From positions 6,796 to 70,795 of the IMG/VR virus record IMGVR_UViG_3300009130_000021: a stretch of DNA of 64,000 nucleotides; one strand, given 5' to 3'. Of the stretch, positions 10,321 through 20,505 are shown piece by piece (within the stretch, counting starts at the first letter, position 1; each line of letters opens with the position of its first letter). Both the position numbers and the translations under genes were made by a program. The stretch is from a virus. The notes under the pieces were generated by a model, which saw only the letters and a list, made by a program, of their open reading frames with translations, was not told where the DNA came from and ran no database searches.

Positions 10321-12012
10321 ATGAAGTTTAAAGAACTTAAATGGAAGAACCTTCTTTCATACGGTAATAGAGTACAATCTTACAAATTTAGCGATGAGCC
10401 TAAGCTGGTTCATGTCCAAGGAGAAAATGGAGCAGGTAAATCTTCTATAAAAGAAGCTCTTACTGTTTCTACTTACGGTAAGTCCGCTATTAGAAAGATG
10501 AAAGATCTTCCTAATTGGATTAATCAGAATGCTTATACATATAACGAATTTGAAACTACTAAAGGTGATAACATCGTTATTGAAAGAGGTATTTCTCCTA
10601 ATTTCCATAGAATTAAAGTAAATGGAGTAGATCATAATCTTCCTGATAAAAAGAAGATAGATGAATATATCGAAAAGGAATTATTAGACTTAAACTTTTC
10701 TATTTTCTGTAATACTGTTAGTTTATCGTTTGATGATTTCAAGTCATTCGTTACTCTATCTGCAGCTGATAAAAGAAAGATACTTGATCCAATGTTTGGT
10801 ATAGATGTACTAAACGACGTAAAAGATGCTCTTAAATCAGATATTTCTGAAAATAAGGAGAATCTTAAAATAGTTCAGTCTGATATTTCTACGAATACTT
10901 CTATGCTAGAAAAATCTAAGAGCCAATTAGAATCTCTTAAAAATAAAATAGAAGAATCAAATAAGTCTAAATCAGAAGAACTTAAAAAATCTTTAACTGA
11001 ACTTAAAGAAAATAAAGAGAAGTTTAAGAAAGAATTCAATGAGTATAAAGAAGAAGCTGAAGGTCATGTTAAAGAATCTAATGCTAAAAGAGATTCAGTA
11101 ACTAAAACTAATAGCTATATTGCAGAATGTGACAAAAAATTAAAGATACATGAGTCCAATAAGTGTCCTCATTGTTTATCTAGCCTTGAAACTGACAACG
11201 CTCATGAAATTAAGTCTAAGATAGAAGAAAAGAAAGAAGCTCTTAAAGCTGAGTTAGATACTTTCACTAAAGAGAAAGAAAAGATAGATAATAAAATAAT
11301 TGAGGTTAGAAAACTTCAAGAGAAATCAAAAGATCAATTCTACAATTTTAATTCTAAAGTATCTCAAGTTGAAGGTCAAATATTAGAGCTTGAAGCTGAA
11401 ATGGTAAGTGAATCTGAAAAGAATAGCCAAGAATCTATTCAAGAAATAATCAAGTCTATCAACGATAACATTAAAGAGTTACAAGTTAAAGAATCTGAGT
11501 ATAGTGATGATAGTGAAATATACTCTGTTTTAAACGGAGCTCTATCTGACGGAGGAATTAAGAAAGTAATGCTAGATAAGATTCTTCCAACTCTTAATAA
11601 TAGAATCGCAGATATTTCTGATAGATTAGAATTCAAGTTCCAATTTGAGTTCGATAATGAATTTAATCCTATTATCTACCATATAGGTATGCAAGTATCG
11701 GTTGATAGCTTGTCTACTGGCCAAAGAAAGAAAATGAATCTTATTGTCCTATTGGCATTTATTGAGCTAATTAAGATGAAATACAATAAGATGAACGTTC
11801 TATTCTTAGATGAGATCTTTAGTGGTTTAGATAAGAAGAATGTAAACATGTCTATTGAAATTCTTAGAGAATATGCAGAGAAATATAATATGACAATATT
11901 CGTAGTATCTCATGAAACTCTTCCTGAAGAATATTTCGATGAGCATATTAATGTAACTATGCCAAATCACTTTTCTGAGATGGAAATAGTATCTAATAAC
12001 AAATCAGTATAA
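10321..12012 (+). CDS. Rad50/SbcC-like ATPase (gp46-like)
   Basis: GENGAGKS, CPHC zinc hook within coiled coils, LSTGQ signature, FLDE. Confidence 0.93.
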   Translation: MKFKELKWKNLLSYGNRVQSYKFSDEPKLVHVQGENGAGKSSIKEALTVSTYGKSAIRKMKDLPNWINQNAYTYNEFETTKGDNIVIERGISPNFHRIKVNGVDHNLPDKKKIDEYIEKELLDLNFSIFCNTVSLSFDDFKSFVTLSAADKRKILDPMFGIDVLNDVKDALKSDISENKENLKIVQSDISTNTSMLEKSKSQLESLKNKIEESNKSKSEELKKSLTELKENKEKFKKEFNEYKEEAEGHVKESNAKRDSVTKTNSYIAECDKKLKIHESNKCPHCLSSLETDNAHEIKSKIEEKKEALKAELDTFTKEKEKIDNKIIEVRKLQEKSKDQFYNFNSKVSQVEGQILELEAEMVSESEKNSQESIQEIIKSINDNIKELQVKESEYSDDSEIYSVLNGALSDGGIKKVMLDKILPTLNNRIADISDRLEFKFQFEFDNEFNPIIYHIGMQVSVDSLSTGQRKKMNLIVLLAFIELIKMKYNKMNVLFLDEIFSGLDKKNVNMSIEILREYAEKYNMTIFVVSHETLPEEYFDEHINVTMPNHFSEMEIVSNNKSV

Positions 12013-12038
12013 AACCTAGTAAGGTCAACAAAGTATAA
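12011..12038 (+). promoter_or_regulatory. Putative early/middle promoter AAAAC-N17-GTATAA
   Basis: Same spacing recurs at 45835-45862 and, with variants, at 4752 and 1277. Confidence 0.55.
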
Positions 12039-12062
12039 AATATTTAAGCAAATTAAGTTTAT

Positions 12063-12929
12063 ATGAGAATTTATACTGGAGAATCTTTCGCAGATGTTTA
12101 TAAAGAAAGTTTAAAGGATTTATTAACCAATCCTGATTACGAATCTTCGCCTAGAGGAATGGCATGTAAAGAAATAATCGATGCAACGTTGGTTATTGAT
12201 AATCCAATCCTAGGTACTTATAAAAACGAAAGAAGAGGATCTCAATATAAGTATATTGCAGCAGAATTCCTTTGGTATTTCTTAGGTAGAAACGATGTAG
12301 CTTTTATTGAAAAGTTTGCAAGTTTCTGGAAGCAAATTCAAAATGAAGATGGAACTGTTAATTCAGCTTATGGAAGTTTATTATTCTTACCTAGCGCGTC
12401 TAACGGAGCATCTCAATACGAATGGGCTATTAACTCTATCATAAAAGATAAAGATACTAGACAAGCAGTAATGCACTTCAATTTACCTAAACATCAGAGA
12501 TATACTAATAAGGATTTTGTATGTACAATGTATGGAAATTTCCATGTTAGGGATAATAAATTACATTTCTCTATTAAAATGAGAAGTAATGACGCTATCT
12601 TAGGTACTGCTACAGATATAGCATTCTTTACAATGTTACATCAACAGGCATTCTTACACCTTAAGAAAACTTATCCTGAATTAGAAATGGGTAAATATAC
12701 TCATATTGTAGATTCATATCATATTTACGAAAGACATTTCGATTTAGTTAAAGAAATGTTAGAAAAAGATTTTGAAGCAGAATCTATCGGTACTCTTACT
12801 ACATCTTTGATCAAAAAAGATGCAAAACCGTCAGATGCTTTAGAAGAATTATATAATAAGTATAATAATGAAGATAAGCAGTCTAATAATGATTGCGAAG
12901 TATATAACTTTATATTAGAAAATATATAA
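12063..12929 (+). CDS. Thymidylate synthase-fold enzyme, probably dCMP hydroxymethylase-like (gp42-like)
   Basis: NSAYG, DFVCT (catalytic Cys), MRSNDAILGTATD with Asp at the base-specificity position, HIYERH. Confidence 0.75.
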   Translation: MRIYTGESFADVYKESLKDLLTNPDYESSPRGMACKEIIDATLVIDNPILGTYKNERRGSQYKYIAAEFLWYFLGRNDVAFIEKFASFWKQIQNEDGTVNSAYGSLLFLPSASNGASQYEWAINSIIKDKDTRQAVMHFNLPKHQRYTNKDFVCTMYGNFHVRDNKLHFSIKMRSNDAILGTATDIAFFTMLHQQAFLHLKKTYPELEMGKYTHIVDSYHIYERHFDLVKEMLEKDFEAESIGTLTTSLIKKDAKPSDALEELYNKYNNEDKQSNNDCEVYNFILENI

Positions 12930-13360
12930 TGAGCCCAAAAGAATTAAAAAAGCATATATCATATCTTAAGATGGCTTCTGAGTGGTCTGAAAATTCTTGC
13001 TGTAATAGGAAGAAAGTAGGAGCACTTATAGTTAAGGATCAGATGATTATATCAGATGGATACAATGGAACTCCTAGCGGGTTTACAAATGACTGTGAGG
13101 ACGCAAACGGAGATACTAATTGGTTCGTTCTTCATGCAGAAGCTAATGCTATAACTAAGCTTTCTAAATCTACTCAAAGCGCCGATGGTGCAACTTTATA
13201 TTTGACTCTATCTCCTTGTAAAGAGTGTTGCAAATTGATCATTCAGTCTGGAATAAAGAGAATTATCTATAAAGAAGAATACAGAGATACTTCAGGTCTT
13301 TTAATACTAAAAGAGGCTGGAATTGCTGTGCTTAAATTAGACTATGAAAATGGACTGTGA
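12929..13360 (+). CDS. dCMP deaminase
   Basis: GYNG, HAEANA, SPCKEC. Confidence 0.93.
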   Translation: MSPKELKKHISYLKMASEWSENSCCNRKKVGALIVKDQMIISDGYNGTPSGFTNDCEDANGDTNWFVLHAEANAITKLSKSTQSADGATLYLTLSPCKECCKLIIQSGIKRIIYKEEYRDTSGLLILKEAGIAVLKLDYENGL

Positions 13361-13754
13361 AAGAGAGTTAAATATAATCTTCATTAGAGAGTTTAGAAGC
13401 TTTAGCTCTATCTATTCAAAGAAGAGTAAGGAGGATTATATTCTAAATGTTAATAAGATAATTAAGGACAAATTTGAATCTAGGTTTATTACTCCTAATA
13501 AGGTTCAATCCTTTATTATTAACTACGAGATTAAAAAGTTATTGGATAAGGCAATAAACATTAAAAACCAAAAGTATAAGAAAATAGTTTATCTAAATTC
13601 TAATCTTTCAGTTTCTTTAATACAAAATGCTATGGAATTTATATCCGAAGAATATCATCCAATAAAATTCAACTTTAGTTTAATTGAGCCTAAAGAATTT
13701 GATTCAGTAGGGTTGGACAATATTCCTGGATTAGATATTATTAAGCAAGACTAG
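13344..13754 (+). CDS. Hypothetical protein
   Basis: ORF overlapping the deaminase end. Confidence 0.55.
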   Translation: MKMDCERELNIIFIREFRSFSSIYSKKSKEDYILNVNKIIKDKFESRFITPNKVQSFIINYEIKKLLDKAINIKNQKYKKIVYLNSNLSVSLIQNAMEFISEEYHPIKFNFSLIEPKEFDSVGLDNIPGLDIIKQD

Positions 13755-13756
13755 AA

Positions 13757-14212
13757 TTAGTCTTGCTTTTCTTCTTTTTCTTTACACTTACAGTCTCCGT
13801 TACACTTACATTCTTTAGATTCTTCTACTTTATCAGCACAAGATCCTTCGAATAAGAATTCGTTAAAATCAGTGTAACATTCACCTTCGTTTGCTTTACC
13901 TACGTTAGCAGTAGGGATCCCCATATTATCATATGAATCTTTATAATTGTAAGGATTCTTACCATCCTCTTGTTTATGAACTAGATCTCCTCCCATTGCT
14001 TTATAAGTAGGGTTCCAAACTTCGTGAGAGAAAGCTTCGTGTCTTTCTACTTTGTTTTGAAAATTCTTTAACTTTCTATCTTTATTTACAAAGTTACCTT
14101 TAGAGTCTTTGAACTGTTCTGCTGATGCAGGTCCTCCGAATCCAGGCTTCTTTAGATCCATAAAGTTATCGAAAGTATGTATGTCTCTTCTTTTTACGTT
14201 AAAAACTTCCAT
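13757..14212 (-). CDS. Hypothetical late protein, putative head-internal
   Basis: In the tail tube operon; IHTFDNF and TDFNEFLFE motifs. Confidence 0.55.
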   Translation of the reverse strand: MEVFNVKRRDIHTFDNFMDLKKPGFGGPASAEQFKDSKGNFVNKDRKLKNFQNKVERHEAFSHEVWNPTYKAMGGDLVHKQEDGKNPYNYKDSYDNMGIPTANVGKANEGECYTDFNEFLFEGSCADKVEESKECKCNGDCKCKEKEEKQD

Positions 14213-14213
14213 C

Positions 14214-14783
14214 TTAAATAGTTATTTGTCCTACTCTTGTTTCGTTAGTTCTATCTGCTACGAAAGATGCTGATAATTTATAAATGTTATCTGTGTTGTA
14301 ATCTAAATCGATAGCGTTAAATGGCTTCGAAATAAATGCAGGTTGGAATTTAAAATCTCTAAAGATATCTCCAGCCTTGTTAAAAATAGCTACGTAAATT
14401 TCTCCAACGTAATCTTTCTTTAATCCTTGTCTACCAGTTGCTGGATCATAGATTAAATCAGACCATCCTCTAAGAGTGTTATAAACATACATATTGTTTG
14501 ACTCGTTTAAGTTAACCTCGAAGTCAATAGTGATGTTTGCTAACGTATCGTTCGGAGTAGCTTTAGCGAAAGCTCTTTTAGCGAACTTATAAGACTGAGT
14601 AGTAGTCCCGTCAGTAAAAAATTCTGGTAATCCCTTAACTGATAATACTTGCTCAACTAAAAGATCAACATTGTCTGTAATAGCAGCAGGCGGAGTAATA
14701 ATTACTTCGAACTGATTCTGAAATATCGGTTCGTAATAATTTCTAGCCGCTTGTGAATTATCCCAATGTGGTAAACCTGCCAT
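14214..14783 (-). CDS. Tail tube protein (gp19-like)
   Basis: 189 aa; N.FEV, W.DLIYDP.TG..GLKKDY and F..IDLDY patterns of T4-type tube proteins. Confidence 0.8.
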   Translation of the reverse strand: MAGLPHWDNSQAARNYYEPIFQNQFEVIITPPAAITDNVDLLVEQVLSVKGLPEFFTDGTTTQSYKFAKRAFAKATPNDTLANITIDFEVNLNESNNMYVYNTLRGWSDLIYDPATGRQGLKKDYVGEIYVAIFNKAGDIFRDFKFQPAFISKPFNAIDLDYNTDNIYKLSASFVADRTNETRVGQITI

Positions 14784-14792
14784 GGTGAAAGA

Positions 14793-15077
14793 TTATTTTT
14801 TATTTTTCTTTTTCTTCTCTCTTTCTTCATTAGCGTCTCTAGTTTTAGTGTAGTTAGACCACAACGTATTATAGATATCGCATGAAGCTCCTAAGAAGTT
14901 AATAATACCAACATATTTTTTCTTATCAAGACCGTCCATGTTGGCAACTTTGATTCCTATTTTCTTAGCGTCACTGGTAGTTAATTCCTCATCTTCGTCT
15001 TTACCTACTAATTTCTTAAGGTCTCCCTTCTTTTCAGCTAAATAGTAATCTTCAAATTTAGTTATTGCTAAATTCAT
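14793..15077 (-). CDS. Small late protein with capsid-targeting-like N-terminus
   Basis: ITKFEDYYLAE. Confidence 0.55.
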   Translation of the reverse strand: MNLAITKFEDYYLAEKKGDLKKLVGKDEDEELTTSDAKKIGIKVANMDGLDKKKYVGIINFLGASCDIYNTLWSNYTKTRDANEEREKKKKNKK

Positions 15078-15086
15078 TCGGTTATA

Positions 15087-15308
15087 TTATTTTCCTACAA
15101 TATTCTTACCTTTGATAGTAGCCATGTGCTTCTTCATGTGCTTGTCTAAAAGAGAAGTTCCTTTTCCTTTAACTGCCTCTGAAGACATGTCTTGATCAAC
15201 TTTAGATGTAGTTTTAGCATCTTTGTTTTTGATATCAGCTTTTCCGCCTTTGTTTACTGCGTCACTTACTGACATAAATTCTTTGTAGCTCATTACTTTA
15301 TTTTTCAT
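15087..15308 (-). CDS. Small basic late protein with capsid-targeting-like N-terminus
   Basis: KVMSYKEFM; ATAAATA at 15331-15337 upstream. Confidence 0.55.
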   Translation of the reverse strand: MKNKVMSYKEFMSVSDAVNKGGKADIKNKDAKTTSKVDQDMSSEAVKGKGTSLLDKHMKKHMATIKGKNIVGK

Positions 15309-15412
15309 GTGAACTGTACATTATTTTTATTATTTATCTATAAATAGACCGACTTTTTAGTATTATAAGTAATAAAATCTTAATTTTCATAATTAAGATA
15401 TAGCAATAATAT

Positions 15413-17005
15413 ATGAGGAATATCAAACTAGAGCATGATCCTAGGCCACAACAGATCGAAATGCTCGATTTCGTAAAACAATCAATTGAAGACGATAAGA
15501 AATATATCACAATAGATGCTCCCACTGGAACAGGTAAATCGTATGCAGCGGTAATGATCGCCGATTGGTATACAAGAGAAGTTAATAAAGATGCAAAGGT
15601 TAATGTTTTAACCAATACTAAAGTTCTACAGGATCAATACACCAAAGACTTTGATTTCATGGCTTCTCTTAAAGGTAATACTAGTTATTGGTGTAGTCGT
15701 AATCTAATGTCTTGTGGAGAATCTAAACTTTTAAATAGCGTTAAAGGTGGAAGATGTGGAGACTGTCCGCATACCGCTGCTCAAGATAGATTTAAGAAAG
15801 AACGAGTAAGTTTGACTAATTATCATCTTATTACTGCTTATTCTATGTATAGCCCTGATATATTAAATGATAGAGGCGCTAGTTTACTAATTATAGATGA
15901 AGCACATTCCTTTGAAGAAGCATTTTGTGGATTCGTTAGCTCAGTCGTATCTGAAAGAGCGCTCACTAGTTTGGATATCTGGCATCCTTCAATGGCAGAA
16001 GATCTTGATAACATAGTTGATATTGTCAAATTGGCAGATTATTGTTCTCGTGTGATTATTCCCAAGCTAACAAATAAAATCGCTTATTTTATAGACGAGG
16101 CAAAAGCTGCTAGAAGTAAAAAGAAGAGAGCAGAATTAGCAGGTAAAGCAGATTACTGTGATAAGTATATGTGCAAAATGGAGAGATTTATTAAAGATAG
16201 ATCTAATTTTGCTAATAACTGGGTATTTGAAAAAACTTTAGATCAAAATGGAGTTTCTAGGATACTAGTTGAGCCTATATGGGGAAATGCCTACATGAAA
16301 GAATTATTCTGGGACAAATACGACCATGTTATATTTATGTCAGGTACTATATTGAACATAGAGATTTTTAACTTCTTAATGGGAATAACTGAAGAAGAAA
16401 ATAATTATATGTCCCTGCCGTGTCCGTTTGATGCAGCAAAAAGACCTATTATCTATGCTAAAGTAGGAAAGATGTCATATCATGAAAAAGCTGATACTTT
16501 TAAGAGACTTGTTCCTATCATGAAAAACATATTAAAAAAAAATAAAGACAATAAAGGAATAATTCATTCAGGAAACTATGGATTAAGCGAATGGATTAGA
16601 AAGTCAATAAAGGATAAACGTTTATTAGTTCACGAATCTAAAACCAGAGAAAAAACTCTAGTAAAACATTTAGAGTCAGAAACTGAAACGGTACTTGTAT
16701 CGCCATCAATGATGACCGGAATAGATTTAAAAGACGAACTATCTAGATTTCAAATTATTTTAAAAGTTCCTTTTCCAAATCTACAGAGTAGCAAAATCAA
16801 GAAGAGATTAGAAACTCGACCTGATTGGTACAATTGGAGAACTTTAATTGACGTTTTACAATCTTATGGTAGATCTATTAGAAATGAAGACGATTGGGCA
16901 GAGACTTATATATTAGATACCTGTTTTGATCAAGTAATTAAGAAAGATGTTCCAGATTACGTTAAAGATGCAATTAAGATAAAAGTTCCGCCTCGCAAAA
17001 AGTAA
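15413..17005 (+). CDS. DinG/XPD-family SF2 helicase
   Basis: APTGTGKS, DEAH, MSGT, GIDL, QSYGRSIR; four Cys after motif Ia, consistent with an Fe-S cluster. Confidence 0.9.
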   Translation: MRNIKLEHDPRPQQIEMLDFVKQSIEDDKKYITIDAPTGTGKSYAAVMIADWYTREVNKDAKVNVLTNTKVLQDQYTKDFDFMASLKGNTSYWCSRNLMSCGESKLLNSVKGGRCGDCPHTAAQDRFKKERVSLTNYHLITAYSMYSPDILNDRGASLLIIDEAHSFEEAFCGFVSSVVSERALTSLDIWHPSMAEDLDNIVDIVKLADYCSRVIIPKLTNKIAYFIDEAKAARSKKKRAELAGKADYCDKYMCKMERFIKDRSNFANNWVFEKTLDQNGVSRILVEPIWGNAYMKELFWDKYDHVIFMSGTILNIEIFNFLMGITEEENNYMSLPCPFDAAKRPIIYAKVGKMSYHEKADTFKRLVPIMKNILKKNKDNKGIIHSGNYGLSEWIRKSIKDKRLLVHESKTREKTLVKHLESETETVLVSPSMMTGIDLKDELSRFQIILKVPFPNLQSSKIKKRLETRPDWYNWRTLIDVLQSYGRSIRNEDDWAETYILDTCFDQVIKKDVPDYVKDAIKIKVPPRKK

Positions 17006-17014
17006 TTTACATAT

Positions 17015-18877
17015 ATGTCAAAAAACATAGACGATAAGTACACTAAACTCACTGACCGAGAACATGTACTAAGAAGACCTGGAATGTATATTGGATCTAC
17101 TGCTTCTCATACTGATGAGTTAGAAGTATTTGACGGAGATCTTATACATCAAAGAAAAGTAACTTACAATCCTGGTTTCATTAAGATATTTGATGAAGTT
17201 GTTTCAAACTCAGTAGATGAGCATAAAAGAAACAAGAAACTTAATGAGATCAAGGTAACAGTTAATTTAGATACATCTGAGATCATTATTTTAGACAATG
17301 GTGGTATACCTGTTAAGAAACATACGCAACATAAAGAGTGGATCCCAGAAATGATCTTCTCTAATCTTAGAGCAGGATCTAACTTCGATGATACTAAAGA
17401 TCGTGACGTAGCAGGAACCAATGGTGTAGGTGCAACATTAACAAATATCTACAGTACAAAGTTTTCTATTAGCACTTGTGATGGAACTGATAAGTTCGAT
17501 CAAACATTTAGTAATAACATGGCTAAGAGAACTACTCCTAAGATTTCTAAATCAGCAAAGGGATTTACTAAGATTTCTTATTTTCCTGATCTTGCCAGAT
17601 TTAAAATGAAATTTATTGGAAAAGATTCTCATGACATGATGTTTAAGAGATGTCTTGATATTGCAGCATGTAATCCAAGACTATATGTTACTTTTATAAG
17701 CATTGAAGGAGGAAAGAAAAAGTCCACAAAGTTAAAGTTTAAAGACTTTAGGCAATATGTTGAAATGTATAATCCAGGTGAATTCTTCTACGAATCATCT
17801 AAGGATTTTAAAATAGCAATAGCAGGATCTCATTCTGGATTTAAGAATACTAGCTTTGTAAACTCAGTTCATACTAAAGATGGAGGTACTCATGTTGACT
17901 ATATTGCAAATCAACTTATATCTCAGCTTCGTGAAATGATTCATAAGAAGCACAAGATTCAAGTTAAGCCTAGTGATATTAGAAACCATTTACATATATT
18001 CATTGATTGTACTGTAGTTAACCCTGCATTCTCATCTCAAACTAAAGAGAAATTAATTACTGAGCATAAGTTATTTAAAACAGAACATACTGTTACTGAA
18101 AAGATTGCTAAAGAAGTATTCGGATCAGAAGTTATTAAGACTGTTTTAGACTGGGTTGAAAAGAAAGCACTCGCTGCTGAAAGAGCAGAGCTTAGAAAAC
18201 TTAATAAAGCTCTTGATAAAGGTAGAGTTAAGAAATTAATTGATGCTCAAAAGAAAGGTGATCGTAGAAAATGTATCTTAGGGATATACGAGGGAGACTC
18301 TGCTACATCAGCTGTTCGTAAGTTTAGAGATACTCAAACAATGGGAGCTTTTCCTTTAAAAGGTAAGTTTATTAATGTTCATGAATTACCTAATTCTAGA
18401 GTAATCAATAACGAAGAGGTTAAAGGATTAATGGGATCTCTTGGTCTTAAACTAGGAGAAGATCCTAAAGGATTAAGATACGGTAAGATTTATATCTATA
18501 CTGATGCGGATCCAGATGGTAATAGTATCGCAGCTCAGTTAATTAACTTCTTTGCTAAATACTGGCCTGAATTATTTAAAATAGGAATGGTCTATAAAGT
18601 AATGACTCCTTTAGTTGTTGCTAGTAAAGGATCTAAAGTTATAAAGTTATACACTAATTCAGAACTAGAAGAGTTTGTTGATAAACAAGGAGCTAGAATT
18701 TCTGGTTGGAATATGGAATATAAAAAAGGATTAGCATCTTTAACAGATTCTGAATACAACGAAATAATTAAGGATCCTAAATTAGTTAGAATTTCTTTAG
18801 GCGATGATTACAAAGAAGGTTTAGAAGACTGGTTTGGTAGAGATTCTCAACCTAGAAAAGATAAATTATTGAAGTAA
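17015..18877 (+). CDS. Type IIA topoisomerase ATPase/TOPRIM subunit (GyrB-like; gp39+gp60 in one chain)
   Basis: HVLRRPGMYIG, DNGGIP, GTNGVG, EGDSA, PLKGK, DADPDG, KKGLAS. Confidence 0.95.
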   Translation: MSKNIDDKYTKLTDREHVLRRPGMYIGSTASHTDELEVFDGDLIHQRKVTYNPGFIKIFDEVVSNSVDEHKRNKKLNEIKVTVNLDTSEIIILDNGGIPVKKHTQHKEWIPEMIFSNLRAGSNFDDTKDRDVAGTNGVGATLTNIYSTKFSISTCDGTDKFDQTFSNNMAKRTTPKISKSAKGFTKISYFPDLARFKMKFIGKDSHDMMFKRCLDIAACNPRLYVTFISIEGGKKKSTKLKFKDFRQYVEMYNPGEFFYESSKDFKIAIAGSHSGFKNTSFVNSVHTKDGGTHVDYIANQLISQLREMIHKKHKIQVKPSDIRNHLHIFIDCTVVNPAFSSQTKEKLITEHKLFKTEHTVTEKIAKEVFGSEVIKTVLDWVEKKALAAERAELRKLNKALDKGRVKKLIDAQKKGDRRKCILGIYEGDSATSAVRKFRDTQTMGAFPLKGKFINVHELPNSRVINNEEVKGLMGSLGLKLGEDPKGLRYGKIYIYTDADPDGNSIAAQLINFFAKYWPELFKIGMVYKVMTPLVVASKGSKVIKLYTNSELEEFVDKQGARISGWNMEYKKGLASLTDSEYNEIIKDPKLVRISLGDDYKEGLEDWFGRDSQPRKDKLLK

Positions 18878-18878
18878 T

Positions 18879-19412
18879 ATGGAAAATTCAACGATATCTC
18901 AATATTTAGATAACGATTATAAAGAATACGCAAAGTACGTTATTGAAAGTAGAGCAATTCCTTCAGTTATTGATGGATTAAAGCCTACTCAAAGAAAAGT
19001 AGTACATGCTTCTAATAAACATTGGAGAAACGATTCAGTTAAACCAATGAAAGTATATCAATTAGGAGGTAAGATTGCAGCTGAAGTAAATTACCACCAT
19101 GGGGACTGCCTAGATCCTAATACTGAGATATTATTATCAGATGGGACTATCGTTACTATTAAAGATTGGTATGATAACTATAAAGAAGTGAAATTAAAAG
19201 TGTTATCGTATGACGAAGAGTCTAAAAAATTCGTAGAAGCAGTTGGCCACTCTCCTAGAATAGGAAGCATTACCGATTTAGAATATGAAATAGAAATGGA
19301 GGACGGAAGTATCTTTAAATGTACTGAAAATCACCCATTCTTAACTAATAGGGGATGGATTGAAGCTAAAGATTTAACTGAAGATGATGACATAATACAG
19401 GTAAAATCATAA
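18879..19412 (+). CDS. Topoisomerase II gp52/GyrA-like N-extein (aa 1-76) fused to split intein N-part (aa 77-177)
   Basis: IDGLKPTQRK...YHHGD followed by CLDPNTEILLSDG (intein block A) and CTENHPFLT (block B TxxH). Confidence 0.92.
   Translation: MENSTISQYLDNDYKEYAKYVIESRAIPSVIDGLKPTQRKVVHASNKHWRNDSVKPMKVYQLGGKIAAEVNYHHGDCLDPNTEILLSDGTIVTIKDWYDNYKEVKLKVLSYDEESKKFVEAVGHSPRIGSITDLEYEIEMEDGSIFKCTENHPFLTNRGWIEAKDLTEDDDIIQVKS
19107..19412 (+). mobile_element. Split intein N-fragment (IntN, 101 aa)
   Basis: Cys1 codon at 19107; blocks A and B; acidic tail WIEAKDLTEDDDI. Confidence 0.9.
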
Positions 19413-19429
19413 AACATCACCAAGATGAT

Positions 19430-19462
19430 ATAATGGCTTTATAAATAAAAATAAAGCGTTAT
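19430..19462 (+). promoter_or_regulatory. Hairpin covering the endonuclease start, containing TATAAATA
   Basis: GCTTTAT/ATAAAGC stem extended by ATAAT/GTTAT into the ATG; TATAAATA at 19440-19447. Confidence 0.6.
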
Positions 19463-20396
19463 GTTAAAATGTAAAAAGTGCGGCTCTAGTTTTGAAAACA
19501 GTAAATATTTAAATATCAATAGATATAATAATCCTGATAAGTATTTGCATACGTGCAAAGAATGTAGAAAACTAAAAAAATGTAAAAATTGTAATATTGA
19601 ATTTAAACATCATCAGAATATAACATGCTCTAAAAAATGTGCAGAAGAGCTTAAGAAGAAAACCTATATGAAATCTCAAGGAACTCCTCATAATTTTTCA
19701 AAAAACTCAAAGTCTAGGCTTAAATTTGAAAAAACTTTAGTTGAAAATGAAGGGATTAATAATGTGTTTCAAAGAGAATCTGTAAAAAAATCTATTGAGC
19801 AGACTATAGTGAAAAGATATGGAGTAGACAATATATCTAAATCTAATGAAATTAAAAAGAAAAAGAAAATAACTTTAAAGAATACATTGTCTAAAAATCC
19901 AAACTTATTTAAGGAAAAATGGTGGAATCTTCATGATAATTTTATTAGAGAATTAGGATACGACCCAAGATTAGGTGTATTAGGAAAAGCTTCAATTGAA
20001 TCATTATCGATATTCAATAAAATTATTCAGTATTGTTATGATATTGGAATTAAAGATGAGGATATATACATAGGAATAGATGATAAATCTGAATATTTCA
20101 TAAACACTGGAACTAAAACGTATTTTTATGATTTTTGTATAAGATCTAAAAAGATTATTATAGAATACCACGGTATCGGATTTCATGCCAATCCTAATTG
20201 GGATACTAATAAACTAAATGAGTGGAGATCAGTTTTCACAAATGAAACAAGCAGAGAAAACATTAGAAAAACTAAAATTAAAAATAATGCTGCTATTAAA
20301 AAAGGGTTCAAGATCCTAGAGATATGGGGAGATTGCGATATAGATGAGAATATAAAAAAATGTAATAATTTTATAAAAGATAATTATGAAAATTAA
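19461..20396 (+). CDS. Free-standing homing endonuclease, Vsr-like/EDxHD type, with N-terminal Cys-rich domain
   Basis: CxxC motifs, RYGVDNISK repeat, C-terminal YDF...IIIEYHG..FH...G.KILEIW. Sits between the intein halves. Confidence 0.8.
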   Translation: MLKCKKCGSSFENSKYLNINRYNNPDKYLHTCKECRKLKKCKNCNIEFKHHQNITCSKKCAEELKKKTYMKSQGTPHNFSKNSKSRLKFEKTLVENEGINNVFQRESVKKSIEQTIVKRYGVDNISKSNEIKKKKKITLKNTLSKNPNLFKEKWWNLHDNFIRELGYDPRLGVLGKASIESLSIFNKIIQYCYDIGIKDEDIYIGIDDKSEYFINTGTKTYFYDFCIRSKKIIIEYHGIGFHANPNWDTNKLNEWRSVFTNETSRENIRKTKIKNNAAIKKGFKILEIWGDCDIDENIKKCNNFIKDNYEN

Positions 20397-20505
20397 ATCA
20401 ATAAAAGTTAATAAGCTAGATTCTAAAAAGAATTTCTATGATATAACAGTCGATAAGCATCATAATTTTGTTATAGGCATGAAATCTAAGATTGTTACCC
20501 ACAAT
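20386..20505 (+). mobile_element. Split intein C-fragment (IntC, 40 aa)
   Basis: Block F YDITV..HNF and block G VTHN/S; Lys-rich. Confidence 0.9.

Noticed and set aside
19413-20385. Group I intron or frameshifted contiguous intein in the topoisomerase gene
   Set aside because: IntN has a clean stop, the endonuclease and IntC have their own ATGs, and the 48-nt gap cannot hold a ribozyme core.
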